In this document: piece by piece, positions 31,001-39,789 of the stretch
How positions within the stretch are numbered: the first letter of the stretch is position 1
Layout of the letters: the number at the start of each line of letters is the position of its first letter
Source of the DNA: Verrucomicrobiales bacterium
GTDB taxonomy: Bacteria; Verrucomicrobiota; Verrucomicrobiia; Verrucomicrobiales; V1-33
NCBI GenBank assembly: GCA_031411295.1
Contig: JANOAV010000124.1
Location: forward strand, 22,552-86,551
DNA length: 64,000 nt
Direction: 5' to 3'
The notes under the pieces: model-generated
Database searches by the model: none
Told to the model about the DNA's origin: nothing
Seen by the model: only the letters and a program-made list of their open reading frames with translations
Translations under genes and position numbers: made by a program

Positions 31001-33071
31001 ACGTTTCCCAGGCGTAGGATTTCTGAGCGAAGCCGCCCGAACTATCCCCGCGCACGTGAGTGCCGCCGCGGCCCTGCCAGTTCGTGATGGGTGAGGTGAT
31101 GTCCGCCAAGCCGGTGGTGGCGTCTTTGTCGATGACAACGCCATAGGTGAAACGATGCGGACGGGCTTGAGCAGAGTCAGTGACCCCATCCACATTAACC
31201 CCAAAGCTGTCCAGCACGATGAGCGGCAAATGGGATTTGAAGGGCTGGTTAGAGTTATTGTAATTCGCTAGCGAAGAGTCCAGCATCAGCAACGTGCGAC
31301 TAGTCACAGGTCCTGGCAAACGGCCTGGCGTATAGACCCGGGCGCGGACGGTGGCGGAGTTGGTGATATTTAATGCGGTCGTGTAAAGCGCGCTGGCCGG
31401 GCCCGGATTGGTATTATCCAGCGTGTAGCGCACGGTGGACCCAGGGGCCAAGGGGGCGGACATGGAGAGCGGGGTGCTGCCCGTAATGAGACCACCCTCA
31501 CGAGACCAGACGATATCTTCGGCCGGCCCGCCGGGGGCGACATCATAACTGTAAAGGGTGCCGGCCCCAGGGCTGACGGGGTTCAGGAAACCGGAGGCAC
31601 CACCCTGATATTTCAAGCCGTAGCTCACATCCTCGAATTGATTCGGATAAGTCCACGTGCTGATGACCGTGGTGGCGGGATTGCGCAGGGAAATGGTGCC
31701 GCCGGTTTTGGGTAAGGTGAAATTGGTATGCAGCAGTGCGGTATTAGCTGTGCGGTTTTTTCCCGATGCAAATACGACGAGGTGCCCATAGGCCGTCAGG
31801 TTGACCGAAGGGAAGGTCCAGGTGTTGAGGCCTTGAACGAGTTGGTAGCCGGCTAAATTCACGGCCGCATTTTGGCCGTTGTAAATTTCGATCCAATCAG
31901 GAGCTTCCATGTCTTCATCTTCCAGGGTGTCCTTGTTCTCGGCCATGAACTCACTGATGATGATGCCTGTATTTGGTGGCGCGGCTGGTGAGGTTTGCAG
32001 GAGGAGGTCGTCAAGAAATGTGTCCTGTAACGCTCCTGCGGTGGAGGCCGTGATGGCAAATGTATTGCCGCTGGTGGGGGAGAAACCTGGCGTGGGGAGG
32101 TTCGTGAAGATGACTTGACCATTGTAGCTCAGATCCAATCCATCATAATCCCAGTGGGCCGTGAAGGCACGGAAGTTGTTATCAAACACAAAGCCGCGGC
32201 CCTGCAAGCCGCCAATGGTCCAGACTTCCTTAGTGGTGGCATTGCCATCCACCGTATTGGTGATCGTCATGGCACCCAGTCCAGGAGCCATGTTCAGACC
32301 GATGAGGCCGGCGGGATTGCCTACGGGATCAGGATGGGTATTGAAATCGCCATGGGTTACGGTCCAATTGCCCGCCGTCCCGGTAACCGTCACCGTGGTC
32401 CATCCTGCCACTGCGCGCATCCGTGATTGAACGGTGGTGGCAGTGGCGCTGGCCGCAATGTTGGCGGTTACTCCACCCGTTTCAGGATTGGTCAGGGTGA
32501 AGGTGCTGGATGAACTGGCCGCAACGGTGCTTGTCTCGGTGAGGTTGGAGGAAAGGAAGCTACCGACGACCGTGTTGTTACAGTAGATGTCGATCGAAGG
32601 CTTATCATTGGGGGTGTCGGCAAAGGTATCAAAACTGATCACCAGGCCACCGTTCATGGTAAAGCCGATATCCCCGGAACCATCACCGGATGCAGGAATG
32701 GGACCGAAGTTTAGCGCCCAACCGGCCCCTGGCACGGAGGCAGCCGTAGTGCCTTTGAGCATCTTTAAGCTAACGCTCGCATCGAAGGACTGAATGGGGT
32801 TTCCCACATCCAGATTCGGAATGCGGAGCGCTGAAGTATTGCCGCCGAGGGATTTACTGGCGATTTGCAGCGTGTTCGTGATGACTTTCGCGAAGCCACT
32901 GGTGCCTCCCAGCAGAGTTGAACTGAACACCGTGCCATCCGCTAAATCAGACGTGCCGTCCGGGTAGGTGAAGGTCTGAACTCCCGTGGTGGGATAGCGT
33001 CCGGCGTGCGCTGAGGTTAAGTTAAGGGCCAGGGAGGCAAGCAGGATTGTGGAGGGGAAGGAAAATTTCAT
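28041..33071 (-). CDS. giant secreted CotH-kinase-like protein with lectin-like, lamin-tail and chitobiase/Fn3-like domains
   Basis: signal peptide; ISEFMAEN..DWIEIYN; RGDSS..QKSYAWE; MPAESDWAL; YRGVYILMERIKR; DGYRLSTYF..PIWDYN. Confidence 0.88.
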   Translation of the reverse strand: MKFSFPSTILLASLALNLTSAHAGRYPTTGVQTFTYPDGTSDLADGTVFSSTLLGGTSGFAKVITNTLQIASKSLGGNTSALRIPNLDVGNPIQSFDASVSLKMLKGTTAASVPGAGWALNFGPIPASGDGSGDIGFTMNGGLVISFDTFADTPNDKPSIDIYCNNTVVGSFLSSNLTETSTVAASSSSTFTLTNPETGGVTANIAASATATTVQSRMRAVAGWTTVTVTGTAGNWTVTHGDFNTHPDPVGNPAGLIGLNMAPGLGAMTITNTVDGNATTKEVWTIGGLQGRGFVFDNNFRAFTAHWDYDGLDLSYNGQVIFTNLPTPGFSPTSGNTFAITASTAGALQDTFLDDLLLQTSPAAPPNTGIIISEFMAENKDTLEDEDMEAPDWIEIYNGQNAAVNLAGYQLVQGLNTWTFPSVNLTAYGHLVVFASGKNRTANTALLHTNFTLPKTGGTISLRNPATTVISTWTYPNQFEDVSYGLKYQGGASGFLNPVSPGAGTLYSYDVAPGGPAEDIVWSREGGLITGSTPLSMSAPLAPGSTVRYTLDNTNPGPASALYTTALNITNSATVRARVYTPGRLPGPVTSRTLLMLDSSLANYNNSNQPFKSHLPLIVLDSFGVNVDGVTDSAQARPHRFTYGVVIDKDATTGLADITSPITNWQGRGGTHVRGDSSGGFAQKSYAWETWDNLGNDKDAALLDMPAESDWALYGPYTDKTFIRNVITYTKMRELHGDADGFAMRTRMVEVIFNMDPGQAVSYNDYRGVYILMERIKRSKDRMNIAKLNDLVTDPTLITGGYIFRRDRASSDGTTLLPVGMNSHTPGVLNGAQTTYLTNYINAFNTALYGANFADPVLGYAPYIDVNSFIENWWFVEITKQIDGYRLSTYFTKDRGGKIIATPIWDYNLSMGNANYATGDQYAGWYWNQTDSYWWARLRQDPAYELKNWDRYWEMRRTIFNTLLLQNSMDTYKLMATNGNTTPVSNSFVLTAGQPSTLENAAQRHYRKHPILGVYVWPNAGGDPGGAATLTPRPWQVNTTFQSEIDWMKTWMGQRLNWIDDQNFPAGSTVIYRPPNVSPGPGSIPVSSQITIARYAGTPPGGYSYATGGTLYYTLDGTDPSAGATFPTETALISGSSNACRWLVPSATNGGFTLTAGAGAQQWTNYTAPINDVNWTAANTGIGYDTNPDYLPLIGANGNTQVQMQSLNATCYVRVPFTIPDAPTLAAINTLRLGLKYEDGFQAYINGVKVAGGNDTDASVALDPSTAKAGVARDEAAAVAFETIDVSTLGIPALRVGSNVLAIHCLNGVDSTSSDLLMVPKLTWLPVNTSTGGGLVYSAPITLTTSATLKTRLLVNGQWSPATTNTYVVDAVPASAANLVISEIHYRPTGATLAEVAAGFTSASDFEFIELLNVSNQNVDLSNCAFTDGVIYGFGSVNPVALTLAPGGRAIVVANQNAFISRNGNNPSVRILGEFSGNLNNGGEILTLLAANTSVIASFAYANTEPWPVDANGLGYSLLLNNPRSNPAYSTGGLWRSSAQIGGSPGTTNSAPFTGSSFADSDNDGSSDFLEYAMGSAGNSAASRPQMSHEFVVDPPGADPGTYLTFHYTRNLAADGVVLTPQQSSDLGTWSAVGMIYVNTVNQANGTAVITCRSPTPIGGPATRNYLRVLVTPPVP

Positions 33072-33193
33072 GTTGGATTCTGGGGGAGGGGTGGGGGAGC
33101 CTTTGGGTGTTTTAGCAAATCGGTAGCAAACTCACCAGCAATAAATGGGCTGAGATGCACGAATGAAGTTTCAGGGCGTTGAGGCTACAAAGA

Positions 33194-33227
33194 CCAAACC
33201 CCACCGCCGTGAGGTGGTGGGGTTTGG
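33194..33227 (-). terminator. intrinsic terminator after the PEP-CTERM gene
   Basis: CCAAACCCCACC...GGTGGGGTTTGG stem followed by TCTTTGT on the minus strand. Confidence 0.75.
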
Positions 33228-33242
33228 CACAGTGGCGAAATA

Positions 33243-36200
33243 TTAGCGGCGGCGGCGGCGCATTCCCAGCATCGCCAAACCAGCCAATCCGGTAGCCAAG
33301 GTGCTGGGTTCTGGAATAATGACCAAGGACCAACTGCCTTGCTTGAGCCAGAAGCGCTGGCCGTCTATCATAACTTCACGGGAACCAGCAGGCAGGCTAT
33401 ACTGAAGCAGATCTTCGGCGGGAATCAGCGTGGAATTACCCCAGATGGTAGTATCGATGTCGCCCGTCACAAACTTGTATTCCGTGACCCCGTAAGTATA
33501 GGTGGTGTCGGTAAAGCTTCCTTCCAAGCTGGCTCCGTTGGCGCTGAACATGCCCAAGTCGTTGATGATGCGATCGAAGCCACCAGGGGCCTCATCCGTG
33601 ATGGTGAGGAAGAGGTGAGCGGTGCTGTTCAGCGTGATGTCGCCATCCACCGTGAGGTCACCGATCCCCGCTCCGTCGCCCGGAGAAATGGTGCCGCCGT
33701 TGGTGGTAATCGAGCCCTCGATGGTGCCGATGCCGCTCAGAATCGTGTTGGGAGTGGTGACCACCCCGCCAGCCACGGAACCATCGATCTGGACATTGCC
33801 CGCCTCAATGGTGACATCGCCAAAGAAAAGATTGTTCCCTGCCAAGATCAGCGTGCCCGAGCCTTGCTTCGTAATCCCACCATCGCCATCCATGATGTTG
33901 TTGGCCTTGACGGTGAAACCTTGCGTATCGAAAGTTAGCCCGCCCGATCCGATCTGGCTATTGCCAGCATTCCAGCCGGGGAAATAGTCGGCTTGGTCTT
34001 TGTTGGCGATGATCTTCCCTTCATCGATGTTGAACGCTGCCGTGCCACCACCAGCAATGATTTGTGGGGCTTGGATCACGCCTCCGGAGAGCAGGTTGAT
34101 CGTGCCCTTGGACCCAGCATTGCGGGCGACCCAGAGCGCCCCCAAAGTTCCGATGTTTACTCGGCCTTCATCAATGATATTCGCCACCCCAGTGCCGTCC
34201 TCACCGATGTTAACATTGAGGTCCGCATTATTTGTGAAATTCAGCGTGGAGCCGGGATCAGCTACCTTTAGCGTGCCATTGGAGGCACCTCCGCGCCCCA
34301 AGTTGAGCCACCAGTTGTGATTTACCGTGCCCCCATTGATAATGTTCAGCGCCCCGACCCCTCCCTCATATCCCACCTGAAGGTCAGCAGTGCCACCCAG
34401 GGAATGTTCCCATTTGGCGGTATCTCCATCCACATTCACGGTGCCTTTTCCGCCCACGGTGGCTCCATCAACCGCTCCACCACGACCTACCTCAGTTCCG
34501 CCATCCGTGCGCAGCGTGCCTTGAGTAATGTTCACGGTGCCGACGGTTTGTCCTGAAGTCGGACGATTTCCGTAGCCCACGTAGAGGTCGCCCGCTTGGA
34601 TTACTCCGGCCGGATTATCCAAAGCAATGGTGAGCACGCCCTTGGTGGCTGGGTTGCCAGCGGGTGCCGCTTCCGCACCTACGTTGAATCCTTGCATTCC
34701 GTTAATGGTCCCACCGCTGATGGTCATCGTGCCATCGCCCCGACGGCCAACATGAATGCGACGATCTCCGACTTGGTAATTCACCGTGCCGCCGATCAGA
34801 TTCCAGACCCCCTTGGTGCCACCTTGATTGCCGATGTTGGTTTCTTCAGACAGATTCAGCGTTCCGCCGCTCATATTGAAAATGCCGTCACCATGGGAAC
34901 CGCCGTCCTCGGTTGGCCCTGCGTTGCCGATGGCGAATCCACCCCAGTAGTTCGTTTGCACGGTGCCATTGTTACCAACATTGATCGTGCCTCCGGTCAT
35001 GGTCATGGCGCCGTTGCGACGCTGGCCAATGCTCAGGCTCTGGGTGTTGAGGGTGCCACCCAGCATGTTATAGATCGGCCGGTGCGTGCCAGCATCCCGA
35101 TCCTGGCCGATTTCCGTCCAAGTATTGGAATTCATGGTGCCTCCGGTTTGGTTTACCGTGGCCATCCCGTTGTTACCGATGGTCATACTAGCGAAGCTAG
35201 CGCTGCCGTCCTTCATATTAAAGTTTCCCGTGGTGGGGCCGGCATTCCGTTTATCCGTTCCCAAGAATAGGCGCATCCCGCCCCGGGCACCGGGATCCCC
35301 ATTGGACTGACCAGTAGCTCCGTTAATCTGACCGCCGGTGTCCACCGTAACGGTTCCTTTCGCGGCAGGGAGCGCGCCATCGCCACCCCACATGCCCACA
35401 TGCATTTCACCGGTGGTCGCATTGAGTTGCCCTCCATTGGTCACTTCCAGAATGCCTTCTCCAGAGCGACCCACGACGAAGCGTTGGTCGGTGGCCGCAA
35501 TGTTCATCTGCGAGCCAGCGCCATCAATTTTAACGGTGCCTTTGGAGCTGTCATTGTCACTGATGATCGTCCACCAGTTATTGTTGACCTTGCCGCCGCT
35601 GGCAATATTCAAATTTCCCACGCCGGTGCCACCGGAACCTACAATAATATCGGAATTGGGTCCGTGCGTCAGGGTGGCATTCGTATTCACATTCACGGTG
35701 CCCGTGCCATTAGAACCAATCAGGAAACCGCCCCCTGTCGGATGGCTAAAGACGGCATTATCCGTCACGTGGAGGGTGCCCACGCCTTGGTCTGCACCAT
35801 CGTCGTCACTGCCCACCCAGATATCCCCGCCATTCTTGATGTAGGAGGATCCGGTGCCCGTGATGGTGGCCACCCCGGTTCCTCCGGTGTTCTTGCCCAC
35901 CATGAAGCGATCCCCGCTGTCGTCCTGAATTTTACCGCCGTTCCGCACCATCATGGTGCCGCTGCCATCTTCCCCGATGATGAGTCGCCCGCCGGTCTTG
36001 GTTAACGTGGATCCAGCTCCGTCCACCAACAGGGAGCCGGTGCTGCCAGCTCCGCGCGCCACGTTAATCCACCAGTTCTGGTTCATTTTACCGCCCGCTG
36101 TGATATTGAGGCTCCCGTTGCCGCCGTTATAACCCACTTGGAAATCCTTTTGGCCCGTGCCGTTGAAGGTGCTGCCGGTCCCGGTCACATTGAGGGAGCC

Positions 36201-38012
36201 AGTCGATCCTGCGCCTGCCCCAATTTCCATCCAGCCGCTCATGTTCATCGTGGCTCCGTTTTGAATGTTCACTATGCCCGTGGCACCGCCACCACCATTA
36301 TGATCACTCTTGGCGGCAATGAATAACCCCTGTTCGTTGGTGGCCGCATTGCCGACCGTAGTCGCACCACCAGTCAGCGTAAAGGTTCCATTGCCGCCAT
36401 TGCTGCCGACCGTCAGATTGTTGCTCGTAAAGGAGCCGCCAGACTTGTTGTAAGTGCCCTGGCCAGCGGACTGACCGCCTCCGATAATGCTGTCTCCCAC
36501 CACCACGGTGCCACCAGTCTGGGTAATCAGACCAATACTGTTGGTGCGCAGACCAGCGTGCAGACCGCCAGTGGTAATATTCGCGGTGCCGGAAATGGTC
36601 ATGGAGCCGTCCCGATCAGAGCCGACTTCGACGCCAGCTCCGGAAGTAAGATTTCCTGCGCTGATGTCATACTTCGATCCCGCGGGACCACCACCCAGAC
36701 CAATGGCCATCCATTGCCCGAAGCTCACGGTGCCGCCAGTTTGGTTGATAACGCCCACCCCGCCATCGTGACCGATGTTGAAGTAGTTGGTAGAGCTGTA
36801 GGTGCCGCCGGAAATATTGAGGGTGCCAGTGCTGGTGCCGCCGAAACCAATTTCATGGTGATCAGCCGCCACCGTGCCACCAGTTACCGTGGCTAGACCA
36901 GTGCCTCCATCGCGACCCACGATGACATCTCCAGTCGCAGTCAGGGTTCCAGATGAGGCCGTCAACGTTCCGTTACCACCATCCCGACCCACGGACACGA
37001 CCCCCACATTTGCCGTGCCCCCGGCCAGTGTGATGACGCCCACGCCACCTGCGTTGCGTCCGATGTTCGTTTCCCCAGTAATGGTCGTCGTGCCGCCATT
37101 CAGATTGAAATTCCCCGTTCCTCCAGTGGCAATCCCCACGCGAACTTCTCCGCCCGTGGTCAGCGCGCCGGAATTCACATTCAGCGTGCCGGTTCCGCCA
37201 TTGGCCACGGTGAGTAGTCCCGTGGTGCCCGCATAGGCTCCTCCGGCCACCGTCAAAACACCCGTTCCGACTGCCCCGCCGATGGTGGCTTCCGCGGTGC
37301 CTTGGCTCAATTTACCATCGGATTTAATAATGATCGTTCCCGTGCCTCCGGTAGCTGCAGAAAGCCGTGTGCCTAGAGTGAGGGCGGCATTGTTCGTTGC
37401 CAGATCCAGCAAGGCCGTATCCGCCAAGCCCGTGCCATCACCCAAGTTAATAATCCCAGTGGCTCCGGTATCGACGCCCAGTGCCAAACCCTGAGCCCCC
37501 GGGCTGGGGGCTGCGGAACCAGCTCCCATGCGGAGGATGCCATCGTTGAGATTAACAGTGCCATTGCCCACCGCCGATCCCACCGCAGAAATGCTCACAC
37601 CAATGGCCAAGGCATTGGCCGTCCCGGTGTCCACCACGCCAGCATTGGAAATAGTCAACGTCCCCGCACCGGATCCTGGTCCAGTCGCCCCGATGGCGAT
37701 GGCCGTGCCAAATGGCGGCGGCGCGCCCGGAACCCAGCCTTGGGTCAGCGTTCCGCCATCGACCGTAATGCTATTCCCGTTGGCCACGACTAAGTTGCCC
37801 CCAGGAAACGGAGCCGTGCCGACGCCATTGTAATTGATGGTATGTCCAGTCCCGATGGTAGCGCTGTCGAACAGAAATGGATTCGGTGCCCCTGATGGCG
37901 TCCATGACGCAGGCGCATCCCAGTTGCCTGAGCCTGCTGAGGTGAATGCTGCGGCGTTAGCGACGATGGGGAACGTCGCCATGACAAGGGTGAGGAAGAG
38001 GCCGGATTTCAT
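33243..38012 (-). CDS. PEP-CTERM surface protein with Gly/Thr-rich beta-helix (T5SS/PEP-CTERM-associated and autotransporter beta-strand) repeats
   Basis: signal peptide; many IG..GGTG.L.I.GG repeats; ITKQGSGTLILAGNN; ends IIPEPST-TM-RRRRR. Confidence 0.92.
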   Translation of the reverse strand: MKSGLFLTLVMATFPIVANAAAFTSAGSGNWDAPASWTPSGAPNPFLFDSATIGTGHTINYNGVGTAPFPGGNLVVANGNSITVDGGTLTQGWVPGAPPPFGTAIAIGATGPGSGAGTLTISNAGVVDTGTANALAIGVSISAVGSAVGNGTVNLNDGILRMGAGSAAPSPGAQGLALGVDTGATGIINLGDGTGLADTALLDLATNNAALTLGTRLSAATGGTGTIIIKSDGKLSQGTAEATIGGAVGTGVLTVAGGAYAGTTGLLTVANGGTGTLNVNSGALTTGGEVRVGIATGGTGNFNLNGGTTTITGETNIGRNAGGVGVITLAGGTANVGVVSVGRDGGNGTLTASSGTLTATGDVIVGRDGGTGLATVTGGTVAADHHEIGFGGTSTGTLNISGGTYSSTNYFNIGHDGGVGVINQTGGTVSFGQWMAIGLGGGPAGSKYDISAGNLTSGAGVEVGSDRDGSMTISGTANITTGGLHAGLRTNSIGLITQTGGTVVVGDSIIGGGQSAGQGTYNKSGGSFTSNNLTVGSNGGNGTFTLTGGATTVGNAATNEQGLFIAAKSDHNGGGGATGIVNIQNGATMNMSGWMEIGAGAGSTGSLNVTGTGSTFNGTGQKDFQVGYNGGNGSLNITAGGKMNQNWWINVARGAGSTGSLLVDGAGSTLTKTGGRLIIGEDGSGTMMVRNGGKIQDDSGDRFMVGKNTGGTGVATITGTGSSYIKNGGDIWVGSDDDGADQGVGTLHVTDNAVFSHPTGGGFLIGSNGTGTVNVNTNATLTHGPNSDIIVGSGGTGVGNLNIASGGKVNNNWWTIISDNDSSKGTVKIDGAGSQMNIAATDQRFVVGRSGEGILEVTNGGQLNATTGEMHVGMWGGDGALPAAKGTVTVDTGGQINGATGQSNGDPGARGGMRLFLGTDKRNAGPTTGNFNMKDGSASFASMTIGNNGMATVNQTGGTMNSNTWTEIGQDRDAGTHRPIYNMLGGTLNTQSLSIGQRRNGAMTMTGGTINVGNNGTVQTNYWGGFAIGNAGPTEDGGSHGDGIFNMSGGTLNLSEETNIGNQGGTKGVWNLIGGTVNYQVGDRRIHVGRRGDGTMTISGGTINGMQGFNVGAEAAPAGNPATKGVLTIALDNPAGVIQAGDLYVGYGNRPTSGQTVGTVNITQGTLRTDGGTEVGRGGAVDGATVGGKGTVNVDGDTAKWEHSLGGTADLQVGYEGGVGALNIINGGTVNHNWWLNLGRGGASNGTLKVADPGSTLNFTNNADLNVNIGEDGTGVANIIDEGRVNIGTLGALWVARNAGSKGTINLLSGGVIQAPQIIAGGGTAAFNIDEGKIIANKDQADYFPGWNAGNSQIGSGGLTFDTQGFTVKANNIMDGDGGITKQGSGTLILAGNNLFFGDVTIEAGNVQIDGSVAGGVVTTPNTILSGIGTIEGSITTNGGTISPGDGAGIGDLTVDGDITLNSTAHLFLTITDEAPGGFDRIINDLGMFSANGASLEGSFTDTTYTYGVTEYKFVTGDIDTTIWGNSTLIPAEDLLQYSLPAGSREVMIDGQRFWLKQGSWSLVIIPEPSTLATGLAGLAMLGMRRRRR

Positions 38013-38182
38013 ATTTTAGTGTGGGGATTGAACTAAATTAAATTAAAATTTGTTCACGCTCGTTTTAGGAAGAACGCAATTTTTGATCAAGAAAAAAATT
38101 CTGTGAATGAAACGAAATTCGCTACAGATCCGCGTATTCTAGATGAGAAACCCTCGTTTTGAGGGACGAACGGCCAACCCGC

Positions 38183-38476
38183 TTAGAAGCGGAGATACCC
38201 CCAAGCCATCACCCCCAGCAGCAGTAATCCAGTGAGCCACCATAACCAGTGCAAGCCCGCTGGGCGTTCGAAAGCTGACGGGAATTCCCGTTTCATAAAA
38301 TCATCATAGGAAAACTCATCCGTGCCCAAATCCGTCGAGTCATCAGCATCCCCATGCAACCCCGTCCGCTCATCCGCCCCGCAATCCGGGCAGGCCAACG
38401 CCTTGCGGGGAACATCTGCTCCACAGACTCCGCAGGGGTAAAATTTGGGGACCGGGGAATTGAGGTAGCGCGCCAT
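38183..38476 (-). CDS. small zinc-ribbon protein with C-terminal transmembrane helix
   Basis: CGVCG...CPDCG, acidic linker, hydrophobic C-terminus. Confidence 0.75.
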   Translation of the reverse strand: MARYLNSPVPKFYPCGVCGADVPRKALACPDCGADERTGLHGDADDSTDLGTDEFSYDDFMKREFPSAFERPAGLHWLWWLTGLLLLGVMAWGYLRF

Positions 38477-38488
38477 GATTCCGCTCGG

Positions 38489-39406
38489 TTATCTGCCGCG
38501 GCCTTTGCGGTGGCGGATGCGTTGCAACATGAAATTCGTTAGCAATCCTTCTGCGCTCTGATCGAGATACGTGAAATGATAGTCCACATCGAACTCCCGG
38601 CAGCCGTGCTTGATCGCAGTCAGGTAATCCTGCACCGCTTCCCGATACGCTTCCCGCAACACCGTCGGATCGGTAATCAGATCGGATCCATTTTCCAGAT
38701 CCACAAAACGAATGGGGCGCGAGAAATCAAAGTCATACTCTTGCCGATCCAGCAGATGGAAGGCGGCCACATCGTGCTTGTGGAACTTTAAATGCTTGAA
38801 GCACTCCAGCAGGGGCGCTGGCTCGGTCAGAAAATCCGAAATGATAATCACCAAACTCCGTTTCTGAATCCGCTCGGCAAATTCATGCAGCGTCTGCACG
38901 ATGTTCGATTCCCCCTGCGGCTTGGCATTGCCCAAGGTGTCATAAATCGTGCGCAAGTGGGTCGTGGTGTGCTTGGGCTTCAAGTCCTGCAACGCCTTCT
39001 CGGCAAAGAGGCACAGACCCACGGCATCCCCCTGGTGGCAAAGAATGTGGGCCAGGGAACCAGCGATCTTCCGGGCGTAATCGAAACGGGTGCCGCCGCC
39101 CGCCGCCGCCAGTTTCATCGAGGCGCTGGTATCCACTACCAGATAGCAACGAAGGTTCGTGTCCGCCTCGAATTCCCGGATATAAAACCGGTCGGTTCGG
39201 CCGAAGACCCGCCAATCGATAAATTTTGGATCATCCCCGGGGACATACTTGCGGTATTCCGCAAACTCGACAGACGATCCCCGGGCCGCACTGCGGTGCA
39301 AACCGGACACGGAACCTAACATCGGCTGGCGCGCGCTAAATTCCAAGCGCGATAACCGAGCGATCATGCCCATGTCTAGAAAATCCCACTGGGAAGGCGT
39401 ATTCAT
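38489..39406 (-). CDS. DUF58 family protein (vWA-like, usually MoxR-associated)
   Basis: GLHRS..RGSSVEFAEYRKYVPGDD..IDW, VDTSASM, IISDF. Confidence 0.92.
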   Translation of the reverse strand: MNTPSQWDFLDMGMIARLSRLEFSARQPMLGSVSGLHRSAARGSSVEFAEYRKYVPGDDPKFIDWRVFGRTDRFYIREFEADTNLRCYLVVDTSASMKLAAAGGGTRFDYARKIAGSLAHILCHQGDAVGLCLFAEKALQDLKPKHTTTHLRTIYDTLGNAKPQGESNIVQTLHEFAERIQKRSLVIIISDFLTEPAPLLECFKHLKFHKHDVAAFHLLDRQEYDFDFSRPIRFVDLENGSDLITDPTVLREAYREAVQDYLTAIKHGCREFDVDYHFTYLDQSAEGLLTNFMLQRIRHRKGRGR

Positions 39407-39590
39407 GAGTCCTCCTTGGTCTGGATTGGGTGAAATGACAACTGGTTTTGCGGGCGTGTCAGAATTTTTGGCAACGTGTGGCCTCGGTGTTAGTTCTACG
39501 TTGTTAAATAACGAAAGTAGTGCTGGACTGGGGTGTTCAAAATCAGACTTCTAACCGATGATTTATTACTGGCTGAGTGAAGACGGTATT

Positions 39591-39682
39591 GTCCCCGGCA
39601 GGGGACGCAGAAATTAGCCGGGGGTTGAGCGGAGCGATACCCCCGGAAACCTCACAAAATGACCGCATCCCGGCAGGGATGC
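39591..39682. repeat. three-hairpin palindromic non-autonomous repeat element
   Basis: GTCCCCGGCAGGGGAC; CCGGGGGTTGAGCGGAGCGATACCCCCGG; GCATCCCGGCAGGGATGC. Confidence 0.65.
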
Positions 39683-39789
39683 CAGAAAAGGATCGCGCTG
39701 GGAAGGATCATCCCGCTGGGCTGATCTGGAACCATTGAGTAGTCCAGCGGACTGCTCCGCATTCCACCTGTTCCTCTGTGGAAATGATC

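Noticed and set aside
38489..39406. Complete MoxR-DUF58-vWA chaperone operon
   Set aside because: No MoxR or vWA gene adjacent; only DUF58 is present
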